Of a stretch of 64,000 nt of DNA, positions 54,739-64,000 are shown in pieces. Where the stretch lies: NCBI GenBank assembly GCA_946965045.2, contig OX337240.1, forward strand, positions 2,232,001 to 2,296,000. Reading direction: 5' to 3'. The first letter of the stretch is position 1; every line of letters starts with the position of its first letter. The position numbers and the translations under genes are program-made. The notes beneath the pieces were generated by a model. That model was not told the origin of the DNA, searched no databases, and was given only the letters and a program-made list of their open reading frames with translations. The DNA is from Epithemia pelagica. Its lineage: Eukaryota > Protista > Bacillariophyta.

Positions 54739-57700
54739 TTATAACCAATCTCCATCACTGTCATTAGTTGTTTCAGACATTTCGTCGGCATCAGACCCTT
54801 TTCCTTCGCCTTCCTTTCCATAAAGTTCCAATGTTCCCACATCCCAGTCGAAAAGTCCGGTCTCTTCTGTGTAACCACCATGGCTCTCCCCATCACCAAT
54901 GCTTTCGTCACTTCCGTCGTCATTCTGCTGTTCCGACAAGACATTGTCATTACCGGACTGTGCCTGTAACATCGTTGTTGCCAAGCGATGCACTTCCTCT
55001 TCCACATTTCCCTCTACCACGCTTTCCATCCCAGCAGTACTGGTCGCCATATCAGCATTGTCCTGTTCACCACTATCCTTCGTTTCGTCAGGACATGGAA
55101 TGGGATTCCGAATCACCTGCCCAAACTCAATGGTTCCATAGCAGTCACGAACCCAATTCCGGTGCTTTTCCTTATCAAGCTCGGTCAAGTTCTCTAACTC
55201 AGCTTTAATACTTTCCATCGTGTGTCCCATTATAAAAATCAGGCGCCGTTGCAACCATTTTGCCATAGGAAGCAAGCGACTTCTTGGGCCACGTCCTTGA
55301 TTCACAGAACCGCCGCGTTGCGTTCTGGAATAGAAGAAGGACTTGAAGAGGCTGTTGAATGCCTCCCAGCCTTGCTGCGAATGAGAATACAAACTTCGCC
55401 AGTGCAGGAGATACTCGCCAATGTGGGCACTGCCTATGAGATGGGCGTAGTTCGTAATGCCTTCTTCGCCATATAGAATGACCCACTCTTTGAAGAAAGA
55501 GTCGGCCAGTCGTTGGTACTCATAGATCTCAGTATTGGAAAGATCCTCCTTCTTTAGCAAGATCGTCATTGCTTGTTGATAGTCCACAAGAAGGGATAGC
55601 CATCTTGTCTTGTCGTCTTCCTTAATAATGCAGAGATCGACAATCTTGTCCATTTTCGCTAGGATCTTACGAATCTTGGTGTTATCCATCTTGATTTCGC
55701 CCATTGTATGGGTTTTTTTGTCGAGTGGAAGGGTCTCTTGGAACGGCATCGTCTCAGATCCGAGAATCTCGGTGTTCAGGACTTTTTCAATGCCAACGAC
55801 GAAGGCATTGCACTTATTGGCCATATTACCGAAATGCTTCTCGTCGATCCATTTAAGTTCGTTGTTTTTAGAACGGGTGAGCCCATCCTTGAGGCACATG
55901 GAGAGGATCTTGATCCCCATCCTCATCTCCATGTGGAGAAGACAAGGGATGGTATCCATGAGCATAACCAATGCCGAAGTTATGGATGCCTTCCCAAAGC
56001 GGTTGACCGTTGTACTCGCATCCACGTAGGTCCACTCCGATATAAGCTGTAGCTTGAGACGTCGTTGTCGTGAGGCCAAAGACCCACTCAGTTCGAGACC
56101 ACGCAATTCCAAATCGTTGTTCAAATTGGTGCTGTATGCTCGTCGTTTGGCCTGTGTTGCTTTGCTTATGTCGAAGTGAATAGACGATAAGTCCTTTGTT
56201 CTTTGTGCCTTCGTGGGTGGGGCTCTAGGGTCTATTGCCTTCGAAATAGATATCTTTGAATCGTTCCAGATCGTTCCAATCTCTTTCGAAATCTCTGGCA
56301 TGGCGTCTTCAAAGGTCTTGACTTGGTCGTTCATTTTCGCCATGTGTTCGTCCGTGCACATGGGTGCGTGGTAGCAGATGACATCAACGTCGTCAGGATC
56401 AGTGTCTTCATCCACGTATCCCTGATGCAAACACCATTTACACTTCAAAGGGTCATTGGCCTCGGTGTGGAGTGCACCACTCCTGACTGTGCACTTAGCA
56501 CAAGGGAATTCGGCATTCTTCGTAGCACCACCCTTGCCAGACAACTTCCATTCCACCGACATGTCGCAGTTCGTAATTATTTTCAACGCCATGATGGCGT
56601 ACATGGTTGGAAGTACCTTGTTGGCCGCCTCTCGAATTTCTCGTATCATTCGCGAGAACAGACCGCGAACAAGGGCTTTATTCTCCCGCCCAATGACACA
56701 GACTGGAGGGAAAACCATGTCCCGAGATTGGGCTTTCAACGGACTGGACTTGTCGTTGAACTTCAGACCTCCTAATACGTGGCTCAACGATTTCGATAAC
56801 GTTGCACCATCAAGACTTTGTGCGAATTGGATAGCTCTAGTGCGTGCCTCACCATCAAGCATGTTGGCCGCTTTCAGGATCGCGACAAATACATCCGCAG
56901 CCCTGAAGTAGAAGCCTTCCGCACCGTCCTTGGGGTTTCGGATTGGGTGGAACGGCACAACATATTCTGCAAATTGTTCTATGTACTGAGCACAGCGTTG
57001 AATCGCTGACGTTGAAGGAATCATCGTGTGCTTACGCTTTGGTTTCCCTCCACACTCGACAACTCGCAAGACCTCGATTCCTGCATAATTGAGCTTTCCT
57101 CCAGCCATATCCATTTCACGGAGAATGTTAAAGGGGGTGAACACCGTCTTTCGTAGGTGACGCTGAACGATTCGAACAAGGCATTCACTGAGTTGGTGGT
57201 TGTGGATTGGCTCGTCCAAGAGCATACGGGCAATTTTAGCAAAGAAAGCCTTTGCCCGTTGGCTATTGCCGCTATGATTCCTTACGGCCTCAACTATGAC
57301 CGACTTGATATGGGACACAAGCTTCTTGGCGTTGGTTTCTGAAGAGCAACTCGATGGGATTTTTCCATGTTTCGCTTCCAAGGTTTGAACTCTTCTTTGT
57401 AGAGTGCCGATTTCGTTGAGGTGTTTCTTTATAGTCTTCTGCTGCTTCTTGAAACTCTCACGCATCTTGTGCTTTTTCTTTGACAATGCCTCGATCTGTT
57501 GTTGTAGATCCTTGATTGTCTCTTGATTTTGAAGTAGAGCTTCCACTGTAGTATTGTCGGTCGACGATGATTGCCATTGTTGGCAGATACTAGCAGGTTC
57601 TTCAGTAGGGGGAGGCGGGTTGTTTACTCCCTGATCTGGTCGGTCTGGAGTTATTTGTTGTACTCCATGTCTTGGTTCATTATCATTCGTTCTCTGTTTC

Positions 57701-58497
57701 GCGGAGTGTTGGGGCTCAACTCCTGTCGTTCGTTCGGGCTCTTCATCCGACGATTCAAAACACGAGTATGTTTCGCTTTCCGCTGTTGCTTCGGTTTTCC
57801 GTGCTTTGGAAGAAGTACTATCTTCCTTGTTTGGGGGGTCCTTGCGTTTTCTGTTGCTGTCGGGGGGTGCTTTCTTCTTCGTGGGCTTTCCCAAGTTTGT
57901 CCTTGTGTGAGGCTTCTTGATTTCAATCTTTATCCGGTCAGTTGGGTAAATGATGCTCTCGTGTTCTGCCATGCAGGTATACGGTCCACCCTTGGTTGTA
58001 CGGTTGACACGGACAGATGAATCTCTCTCCTTGTCGTCAGCGTCCTTGCAATTGCTGCAAAAGAAGAAGCCGCCGCGAAACCGCTGGTATCGATCGTAAC
58101 CAAACACGGAACACGGTTTGGTGGTCTTCTTTCTAAATTCGCGGCACAGTCTTGCGACGCGTTCGCGTTCATTGTAGGATGAAGCGATGGAGTTTCCTCC
58201 GTAACTCCTCCGATGTCGAGTCTGTAGGTTGGGAGACAAAGGAGGGCCGTCTTGATCCAAATTTTCCTTTGCTTGGATATTTTCCTCCTCTGTTTTGCTT
58301 TCATCGATATACTGGCAACGGAAGAACTCATCTCCTAGGTCGCGGGGTTCCATGTTGCTTTCTCTATTAACTTTCCGTATTGGTAAGGTTCGGGAGAGTC
58401 TGTTGTGTATTGAACGACGGTTCAAGTGTCTCGTTGTGTTTCGGTCATCCCCACTCCATGCTTTGGGTCCAATTTGTGAGCAAACAGGCCCAAGCAT
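54739..58497 (-). CDS. DDE transposase with RAG1/Transib-like core, 1252 aa
   Basis: SLDG (D at 56809-11), NCDM (D at 56563-65), CAKC, PCLLH, ITNYAHLIGSAH, SQQGWEAFN (E at 55363-65). Compare RAG1 SCDG, GYDEK, CTLC, DALH, TNYFHKTLAH, SEGNESGN. N-terminal Cys/His finger, coiled coil, acidic tail. Confidence 0.8.
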   Translation of the reverse strand: MLGPVCSQIGPKAWSGDDRNTTRHLNRRSIHNRLSRTLPIRKVNRESNMEPRDLGDEFFRCQYIDESKTEEENIQAKENLDQDGPPLSPNLQTRHRRSYGGNSIASSYNERERVARLCREFRKKTTKPCSVFGYDRYQRFRGGFFFCSNCKDADDKERDSSVRVNRTTKGGPYTCMAEHESIIYPTDRIKIEIKKPHTRTNLGKPTKKKAPPDSNRKRKDPPNKEDSTSSKARKTEATAESETYSCFESSDEEPERTTGVEPQHSAKQRTNDNEPRHGVQQITPDRPDQGVNNPPPPTEEPASICQQWQSSSTDNTTVEALLQNQETIKDLQQQIEALSKKKHKMRESFKKQQKTIKKHLNEIGTLQRRVQTLEAKHGKIPSSCSSETNAKKLVSHIKSVIVEAVRNHSGNSQRAKAFFAKIARMLLDEPIHNHQLSECLVRIVQRHLRKTVFTPFNILREMDMAGGKLNYAGIEVLRVVECGGKPKRKHTMIPSTSAIQRCAQYIEQFAEYVVPFHPIRNPKDGAEGFYFRAADVFVAILKAANMLDGEARTRAIQFAQSLDGATLSKSLSHVLGGLKFNDKSSPLKAQSRDMVFPPVCVIGRENKALVRGLFSRMIREIREAANKVLPTMYAIMALKIITNCDMSVEWKLSGKGGATKNAEFPCAKCTVRSGALHTEANDPLKCKWCLHQGYVDEDTDPDDVDVICYHAPMCTDEHMAKMNDQVKTFEDAMPEISKEIGTIWNDSKISISKAIDPRAPPTKAQRTKDLSSIHFDISKATQAKRRAYSTNLNNDLELRGLELSGSLASRQRRLKLQLISEWTYVDASTTVNRFGKASITSALVMLMDTIPCLLHMEMRMGIKILSMCLKDGLTRSKNNELKWIDEKHFGNMANKCNAFVVGIEKVLNTEILGSETMPFQETLPLDKKTHTMGEIKMDNTKIRKILAKMDKIVDLCIIKEDDKTRWLSLLVDYQQAMTILLKKEDLSNTEIYEYQRLADSFFKEWVILYGEEGITNYAHLIGSAHIGEYLLHWRSLYSHSQQGWEAFNSLFKSFFYSRTQRGGSVNQGRGPRSRLLPMAKWLQRRLIFIMGHTMESIKAELENLTELDKEKHRNWVRDCYGTIEFGQVIRNPIPCPDETKDSGEQDNADMATSTAGMESVVEGNVEEEVHRLATTMLQAQSGNDNVLSEQQNDDGSDESIGDGESHGGYTEETGLFDWDVGTLELYGKEGEGKGSDADEMSETTNDSDGDWL

Positions 58498-58674
58498 CTG
58501 ACTTCCGAGATGACAATTTATGGACGAATGAAAGGCGACTGCGAAGGAATGTTATATAAGGATATGAAAATATTTTATGGTCGGGTGCGAGCGGGTCGGA
58601 ATACTGATCTCATAAATTATGGGCCGAACGGGTCTCTCTTTCCGAGCCGTTTAGAGAGGCATTGCCGGTGTTGG

Positions 58675-58745
58675 ACCCACCATGTAAGTATTATCCAAGC
58701 TTCTCTATATATCAAAGAAGCTTGGATAATACTTACATGGTGGGT
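58675..58745. repeat. Perfect 71-bp hairpin (30-bp arms, 11-nt loop)
   Basis: ACCCACCATGTAAGTATTATCCAAGCTTCT-ctatatatcaa-AGAAGCTTGGATAATACTTACATGGTGGGT. Confidence 0.97.
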
Positions 58746-59088
58746 TGGATGATGTTCATCCGTTGGAATTGGCTGTCAAAGTGAGAATGCGTCCATTGGC
58801 GTTTTTCTACGCTAAGTCCCGTCTTATATTTAACTAAAAACGCTTCAACTGATTGTCTCTATAGTGAATTTTTGGGCTTCTGATTTTGCGAGCAGTGCTT
58901 TTTGGCCATGCACGCGTTCGGGTTGGGGTATCAGGGGCTCGAAGTGCCAAACTCCTGCCGAATCTGCGCCGCTCACTTTTTAGTTTTTGGTTCCGCTCGA
59001 CGAAAACACACACCAACCCAAAGAGAGGTATTCGTTAATATCTGTTGTCTCGAAGTACTCACAGGTGAGAGAGTCAAGAACGACAAGC

Positions 59089-60873
59089 ATGAGTGCTGTT
59101 TCACATGCTTCAGAAACGTACGAGTTATGGGGTGCGGATGAGAATGAAATAACTCAAACTTCTTCCTGGCTGGAACGAAATGCTCCTTCCGGACGCATAC
59201 CAGAAGCACTGCTTGGCACTGGTACGTTTTTTGGAGGGATTGTTCGAGATTATAAGCATCGGCTTCCGTACTTTTTCTGGTCGGACTTTACCGATGGCTT
59301 TTCCTGGAAGACCAAATCTGCCGCCATTTTCATGTTTTGTGCCACGGTCACTTCCACCATTGCACTCGGTGACGTGGCCTTTCGAGAAACCAACGGCATG
59401 GTGGGCATTACCGAATACCTCATGCTTCAGGGCGTGGCTGGGTTGTTTCATTCCATCTTTTCCGCCTGTCCTCTTGCCATTCTACGTCCCACTGGTCCAA
59501 TTACAGCCTTTATGATTGATTTGTACAACTTGTCGGGATGGTTGCAAGTGGAGTACTATGCACTCTTGTCCTGGGTGGGATTTTGGGTCGGTACCCTTTT
59601 GATTTTGATTGCCGCCTTTGATCTGTCACGATTTATTGTACTTTGTACACGATTCTTGCATGACATTTACGCCGTCTTTGTTTGTACTATCTACATTACG
59701 GATGGAATCATGGGAGTTGTAGAACGCTTTCAAAAGGTGGAATGGGCCGAGGCATTCTTTGCCTTTTATCTGGCACTCTTTTGTATCCTCTTTTCTCTTG
59801 GATTCTACTATACGGATCGATCCACCATCTTTACGCAACGCATCCGTCACACTATATCGGACTATGCCGTACCTCTGGGTGTTTTGTTGTGCATATGGAT
59901 CAGCTATGCCGTGACTGACCATGTCCAAGTGGAACGTATTTCCATGCCACGAAACTTTGAACCAACGTATCCCTCCAGTGACTACGAACAAGAAGGCGGT
60001 GGAGATCAAGGCGACGAAGAAAAACGTGACTGGTTTCAAGGACCACAAGGTGGTGGTATGCTTGTGGTCTACGTTTCTGCCATTGCGGCCATTCCAATTG
60101 TCGCACTCTTTTACATCGATCACTTATTCTCATGTATTCTGTGCCAAAAACCAGAACTGGGACTTGCCAAGGGTGAATATTACCATTCATCCATGTTCAT
60201 TACTGGCATTTGTAATCTGATCCTGCCCATGTTTGGACTTCCTTTTGTCACTGCCTCTCTCCCCCACTCCCCGCAATTCACCAAGGCCCTTACAGACTAT
60301 GACAAGACAATCACCCCCTGGAAGGTGTTGTGTGTCCACGAATCTCGCATTGCTCCAATGGTGGTGTATGCACTGTGTTTTCTTGGTTTGGTGATTCCAG
60401 CAGTCCTGGAACGGTGGCCTGTCGGTGTGGTAAATGGAATCTTGACCTTTGTCGGCCTCCAAGGGATCCTACCGGGAACCGGGAACCAGTTGATTGATCG
60501 TTGTGTGTTACTCATTACGGCACCGTCCGAATTTGCCACGCTGCTCTCGGATCCCAACGATGGCAACAATCATCACCGCATTACCGCACCCTATCTTCAC
60601 CTCCCCTGGTATCGCATTCACATGTATACCTTTGTTCAATTGGCATGTTTGGCAGCCTGTTGGGGCATGAGATTTACGGGTCCTTTTTCGTTGGCCTTTC
60701 CTTTGGTGATTGTGGGGTTTGTGCCGCTTCGTCTCTACCTGTTACCCAAATTCTTTACCAAAGAGGAACTGGAATGTTTGGATTCCGAAGGTGTGGAACA
60801 ACAAGATTATCCACAACAGGACCTTCATGATACGAGAACGGGAACCAAGCGCCAAGAAGTGGAACTAAGCTAA
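59089..60873 (+). CDS. SLC4: SLC4-family bicarbonate/borate anion transporter, 594 aa
   Basis: DYKHRLPY..SDFTDG, AAIFMF...IALG, PLAILRPTGP, GEYYH, GLPFVTASLPHSP, ESRI, FPL..V..VPLR. Confidence 0.9.
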   Translation: MSAVSHASETYELWGADENEITQTSSWLERNAPSGRIPEALLGTGTFFGGIVRDYKHRLPYFFWSDFTDGFSWKTKSAAIFMFCATVTSTIALGDVAFRETNGMVGITEYLMLQGVAGLFHSIFSACPLAILRPTGPITAFMIDLYNLSGWLQVEYYALLSWVGFWVGTLLILIAAFDLSRFIVLCTRFLHDIYAVFVCTIYITDGIMGVVERFQKVEWAEAFFAFYLALFCILFSLGFYYTDRSTIFTQRIRHTISDYAVPLGVLLCIWISYAVTDHVQVERISMPRNFEPTYPSSDYEQEGGGDQGDEEKRDWFQGPQGGGMLVVYVSAIAAIPIVALFYIDHLFSCILCQKPELGLAKGEYYHSSMFITGICNLILPMFGLPFVTASLPHSPQFTKALTDYDKTITPWKVLCVHESRIAPMVVYALCFLGLVIPAVLERWPVGVVNGILTFVGLQGILPGTGNQLIDRCVLLITAPSEFATLLSDPNDGNNHHRITAPYLHLPWYRIHMYTFVQLACLAACWGMRFTGPFSLAFPLVIVGFVPLRLYLLPKFFTKEELECLDSEGVEQQDYPQQDLHDTRTGTKRQEVELS

Positions 60874-61442
60874 TACATTAAGAGCGTTGTTGTGGCACAA
60901 TCACAAACGAGTGGATTTTCTCAAGCATTGCTGGATCGGATTGTATCGTAAATTCCATGGAGATTCTCGAAATTCCCAAAGTTATCGGCACTGATACAGC
61001 CCTCCCGATCGGTTATCGTTGCAATCGTTTGTCCTGGATCTAGAGAAAGAGGATGAATCCTGCAGGGAGCGTTGTTGCTCGTTCTCCTGATTGCCTATTG
61101 CCTGGATCGCCATGCTTCTTCTTGTTGATGGCGATGGTTATAATAGGCGACTGATGTTAGCAGCACTTTTTGCCTTCCAGAGCGAGTACGTGGTATGGTT
61201 CTCCCTCCACATCCGTTGAAGATGACAAAGGTTTCAACTCAGTTTTTGAGGTGAAACTCCCACACTCACACAACCACAGCACACAACGCGTCGTCGTCGC
61301 ATTTCAACACAATCGCCGCTCAGCAGCTCACAGCCATCGTCCTCCGCTTCAGCACAGGGATTTCGAATCGATCTGATTCGGAGGGTCATTGTGTGAACCA
61401 TAACATCATGGTCGGACTATCGTTGTGCATCTCTCTCTTGTA

Positions 61443-62050
61443 AGGGCTGGGGATACCGATCCATGTACATCTAAGTAGGCTCAGTACAAAAGCTACGTAG
61501 AGTACATAAAATCACATAGTACACGTCACGCCGGAAATGGTCGGAATTTCAAAAAAATGCAAAAACGCTCGACAATGATGGCGAGATCCGGTGACGCCGT
61601 ATGCATTCACCCATGCATCGCATAAACATCCAACCACCGTAAGTCCTTTGCCTTTACCTTTGAAATTGTTGTCTAAAATTACAAAAGATTTGCCAAGTTG
61701 GCTGAAAAGGTACGCTCATTTTTCTGCAGTGATGAAATCGAACGACCGCCCTATCTCACTCATTTTTCAATGCTGACTCGACCGAATTGAAAGCATAGTC
61801 ACTCTAGTAGTAAATAATCTTTGTGTCAAAGCGGTCGAGTCAAGCTCTATTATTGAGGAAGTTATGGCCATGGGGGTGATGGCTTCCACCATTGTCGAGC
61901 GATGGCTTCCAACTTGCATTGTTTCTCGTGGCAGCAAGTTTTCAATTTGAGACCATCCGCCCCACTTGTTACACTGATGAAAATAGTACTACGTAGCTTA
62001 ATGTACTGAGCCTACTTAGATGTACATGGATCGGTATCCCCCCCAGCCCT
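61443..62050. mobile_element. MITE-like non-autonomous element, 608 bp, about 60-bp TIRs
   Basis: AGGGCTGGGG(GGG)ATACCGATCCATGTACATCTAAGTAGGCTCAGTACA..AAGCTACGTAG at 61443-61500 and inverted at about 61990-62050. TA on both flanks. Non-coding interior. Confidence 0.7.
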
Positions 62051-62288
62051 TACCATGGCGGAGAAAGCGAATTTGCGTGTCGACAGTCGACAAATCGACA
62101 TGGTCGCTTATGGGTCGCTTAAGACTCAGTGCCAATATTCGTACGTCTTCTGGTCAGCTTTTCGAGCGACGACCATATCATAGCAATCATACAACAGAAG
62201 CAGCATCCAACGCGGCGAGAAGGCATTGGCAGCCTTGAACGATTCTTGGTCACACTCCATACCCTGACTTTTGCGGTCGTCATCTTCA

Positions 62289-64000
62289 ATGGCTCCCGCA
62301 GGCCCTCCCTTGGTATACTTTCACGTGTCTCGTGGAGCCAATGGTTCGACGTCCTCGTTGTGTCCCTTTGGCAATGAAAGCGTCTCGTTTGACTTGTTTC
62401 AAGGCAGTTGTGTATGGTTGACTGGCAATTCTGGATTGGGCAAAACGACCTTGGTCCGATACCTGGCTGGATTGGCCTCTCACCAAGATTTGAAACGCTT
62501 GGACATTCAGGTCGACAACTGTGATTGGAATCCAACCTTGCCGCCATTGGAACGATGTGGCATGCTGTTTCAACAAACCACCTTGTTGGATGCCTTGACT
62601 GTGGCCGGAAACTTGGCCGTGGCGCTTCAGCAACGAACCAATGGGAGCTCCAAGGCAGATCGACCCACTTCCTTGGAGTCTGAAATCAAGTATTGGATGG
62701 AACTGGTGGGGCTCGATTATGCCCGCGATGCCAATAAGAAACCAACGCAACTTTCGGGTGGCATGGCACGACGAGCTTCGCTCGCCTTACAATTAGCCCA
62801 ACATAAGCATGTCATTGTCTTGGATGAACCATTCACTGGGTTGGATCGAGATGCGGCGATTTCTGTGGCCAAGGAATTGTGGAACTTGCGACGACTCGAC
62901 TCACAATCACCACAAACCAATGGGACTAGTCATCACAATGGGAGAGCGACACGAACAGCCATTGTCCTCATTTCACATGAACCAGAATATGCCAATATTG
63001 TCCTATATGGTCCACAGAAGCAAAATCAGGAAACGCAAAACGGACAAAATTCTCAGCCAGCGTTGCACAATGTAGTTGTGACATTGGCGGAACCTGTCAA
63101 ACGAATGACAAGCGACGAGAACCATAGTACATGGACGAAACCAAATTTGTTTGGAATTTCATGGTGGCATCGCTTTGTAGAAAAATGGCTGGATTACACC
63201 CTGTGGTCTTTCCCCTTGATTGCCTTGACGTTTTGTGCCTGTGGTTTGGCGATTAGCATGCTGTCTTGTGACATTTTGGCTCGGTTAGACGTCAAAGACC
63301 AAGTCATGGAAATCTTGGACGAACATGTCAAACCCATGCTCAAATACTTGACAGGACAAGAAGACAATGCCATGGCTATGATTATGGTCAAGATGAAGGT
63401 ACAAGCCATGTTGCAATCCACTTTACCCCAAGCCAAGGCCACCTTGTACGCCGTCGGCATGGCTCATTTGTTTTGTTTGGAAATTGGACCTCTGTTGACG
63501 GCCTTGTTGTTGTGTGGGCGGATTGGGGGCTCCTATGCCGGCAAAGTCGCCACTCTTCAAGCCACACAACAGTCGTCCTTGTTGCAAACCATGGGGATTT
63601 CGCCCTTGTCGTGGACCTTGTTTCCGGCCTTGGCAGCAGCCTCTTTGGCGGCGCCCTTTTTGACCATTCTCGGCACTGGACTGGCCTTGATCTTGGGAGG
63701 AATCGTGGGACCTACCTACTATGGTATTGGCACATCGTTTCAAGAGTATCAACAACATTTACAGGATGCCATTTTCCCAACCTTGCGAGTCCAGTTTGTG
63801 GAAGGACCGCATAACCTTTGGTTTCCCTTGGAAACCACCTTTGTATCTTCCAACGCTGCGTTGCTACCGGATCTGGTGATTGAACTTGCCACCTATCCTC
63901 CTTGCTTTTTGCTTTTGAAATCGCTCGTCTACATGGCCCTGGTCCTGACCGTAGCCCAAACGTGTGCGGCTCTACGAGGTTCCCAACTCACCCCACGCGG
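62289..64000 (+). CDS. ABC ATPase (MlaF/TGD3-like) fused to MlaE/TGD1-like permease; runs off the window
   Basis: Absent from the ORF track (no stop in window). GNSGLGKTT, LSGGMARR, IVLDEPFTGLD, LISHEP, then in the same frame LEIGPLLTALLLCGRIGGSYAG...GISP. Confidence 0.85.
   Translation, partial: MAPAGPPLVYFHVSRGANGSTSSLCPFGNESVSFDLFQGSCVWLTGNSGLGKTTLVRYLAGLASHQDLKRLDIQVDNCDWNPTLPPLERCGMLFQQTTLLDALTVAGNLAVALQQRTNGSSKADRPTSLESEIKYWMELVGLDYARDANKKPTQLSGGMARRASLALQLAQHKHVIVLDEPFTGLDRDAAISVAKELWNLRRLDSQSPQTNGTSHHNGRATRTAIVLISHEPEYANIVLYGPQKQNQETQNGQNSQPALHNVVVTLAEPVKRMTSDENHSTWTKPNLFGISWWHRFVEKWLDYTLWSFPLIALTFCACGLAISMLSCDILARLDVKDQVMEILDEHVKPMLKYLTGQEDNAMAMIMVKMKVQAMLQSTLPQAKATLYAVGMAHLFCLEIGPLLTALLLCGRIGGSYAGKVATLQATQQSSLLQTMGISPLSWTLFPALAAASLAAPFLTILGTGLALILGGIVGPTYYGIGTSFQEYQQHLQDAIFPTLRVQFVEGPHNLWFPLETTFVSSNAALLPDLVIELATYPPCFLLLKSLVYMALVLTVAQTCAALRGSQLTPR

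Larger units (their letters stand above)
52630..58946. mobile_element. CACT-terminated two-gene DNA transposon with RAG1/Transib-core-like transposase (CMC/Transib group), 6317 bp
   Basis: Left end CACTACGAGCACCTGGTATCCCA vs right-end reverse complement CACTTCGAGCCCCTGATACCCCA (19/23), plus a shared internal block CCAAAAA(AA)GCACNGCTCGC. CC on both flanks. Two intact convergent ORFs. Confidence 0.8.

Overview
Eukaryotic genomic DNA, most likely from a diatom or related stramenopile. This is inferred from short GT-AG introns, diatom-type Ty1/copia, two HSF genes, plastid-type presequences and an SLC4 transporter. About 17 host genes are interspersed with an unusually rich set of mobile elements, most with readable ends. 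(1) A 16.0-kb AcademH-like DNA transposon (1289-17287; modular TIRs, 10-bp TSD) encodes a RecQ-like helicase and a convergent large transposase. (2) That transposase is split by a young, full-length 8.4-kb Ty1/copia element (6346-14729; 783-bp LTRs, TAAAT TSD) carrying an extra upstream ORF and a non-canonical, possibly half-tRNA-Asn primer site. (3) A 2.2-kb pogo-like DD35D element (28075-30269) carries a convergent HIRAN-like gene. (4) A 6.3-kb CACT...AGTG element (52630-58946) has two intact convergent ORFs, a transposase with RAG1/Transib-core-like motifs and a BAH-like partner, plus asymmetric bipartite ends and a 71-bp perfect hairpin. This is the best candidate for an undescribed system. 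(5) A 608-bp MITE-like element lies at 61443-62050. Host genes include three 2OG-Fe(II) oxygenase paralogs, NDUFA5, DUF1823, an S28 peptidase, a ChaC-RCC1 fusion, a DUF1349 protein, an AP endonuclease, a tautomerase-like protein, a PAQR/HlyIII-like protein, a CCDC43-like protein, SLC4 and an MlaF-MlaE fusion. All family assignments are from motifs read by eye; no database search was run.
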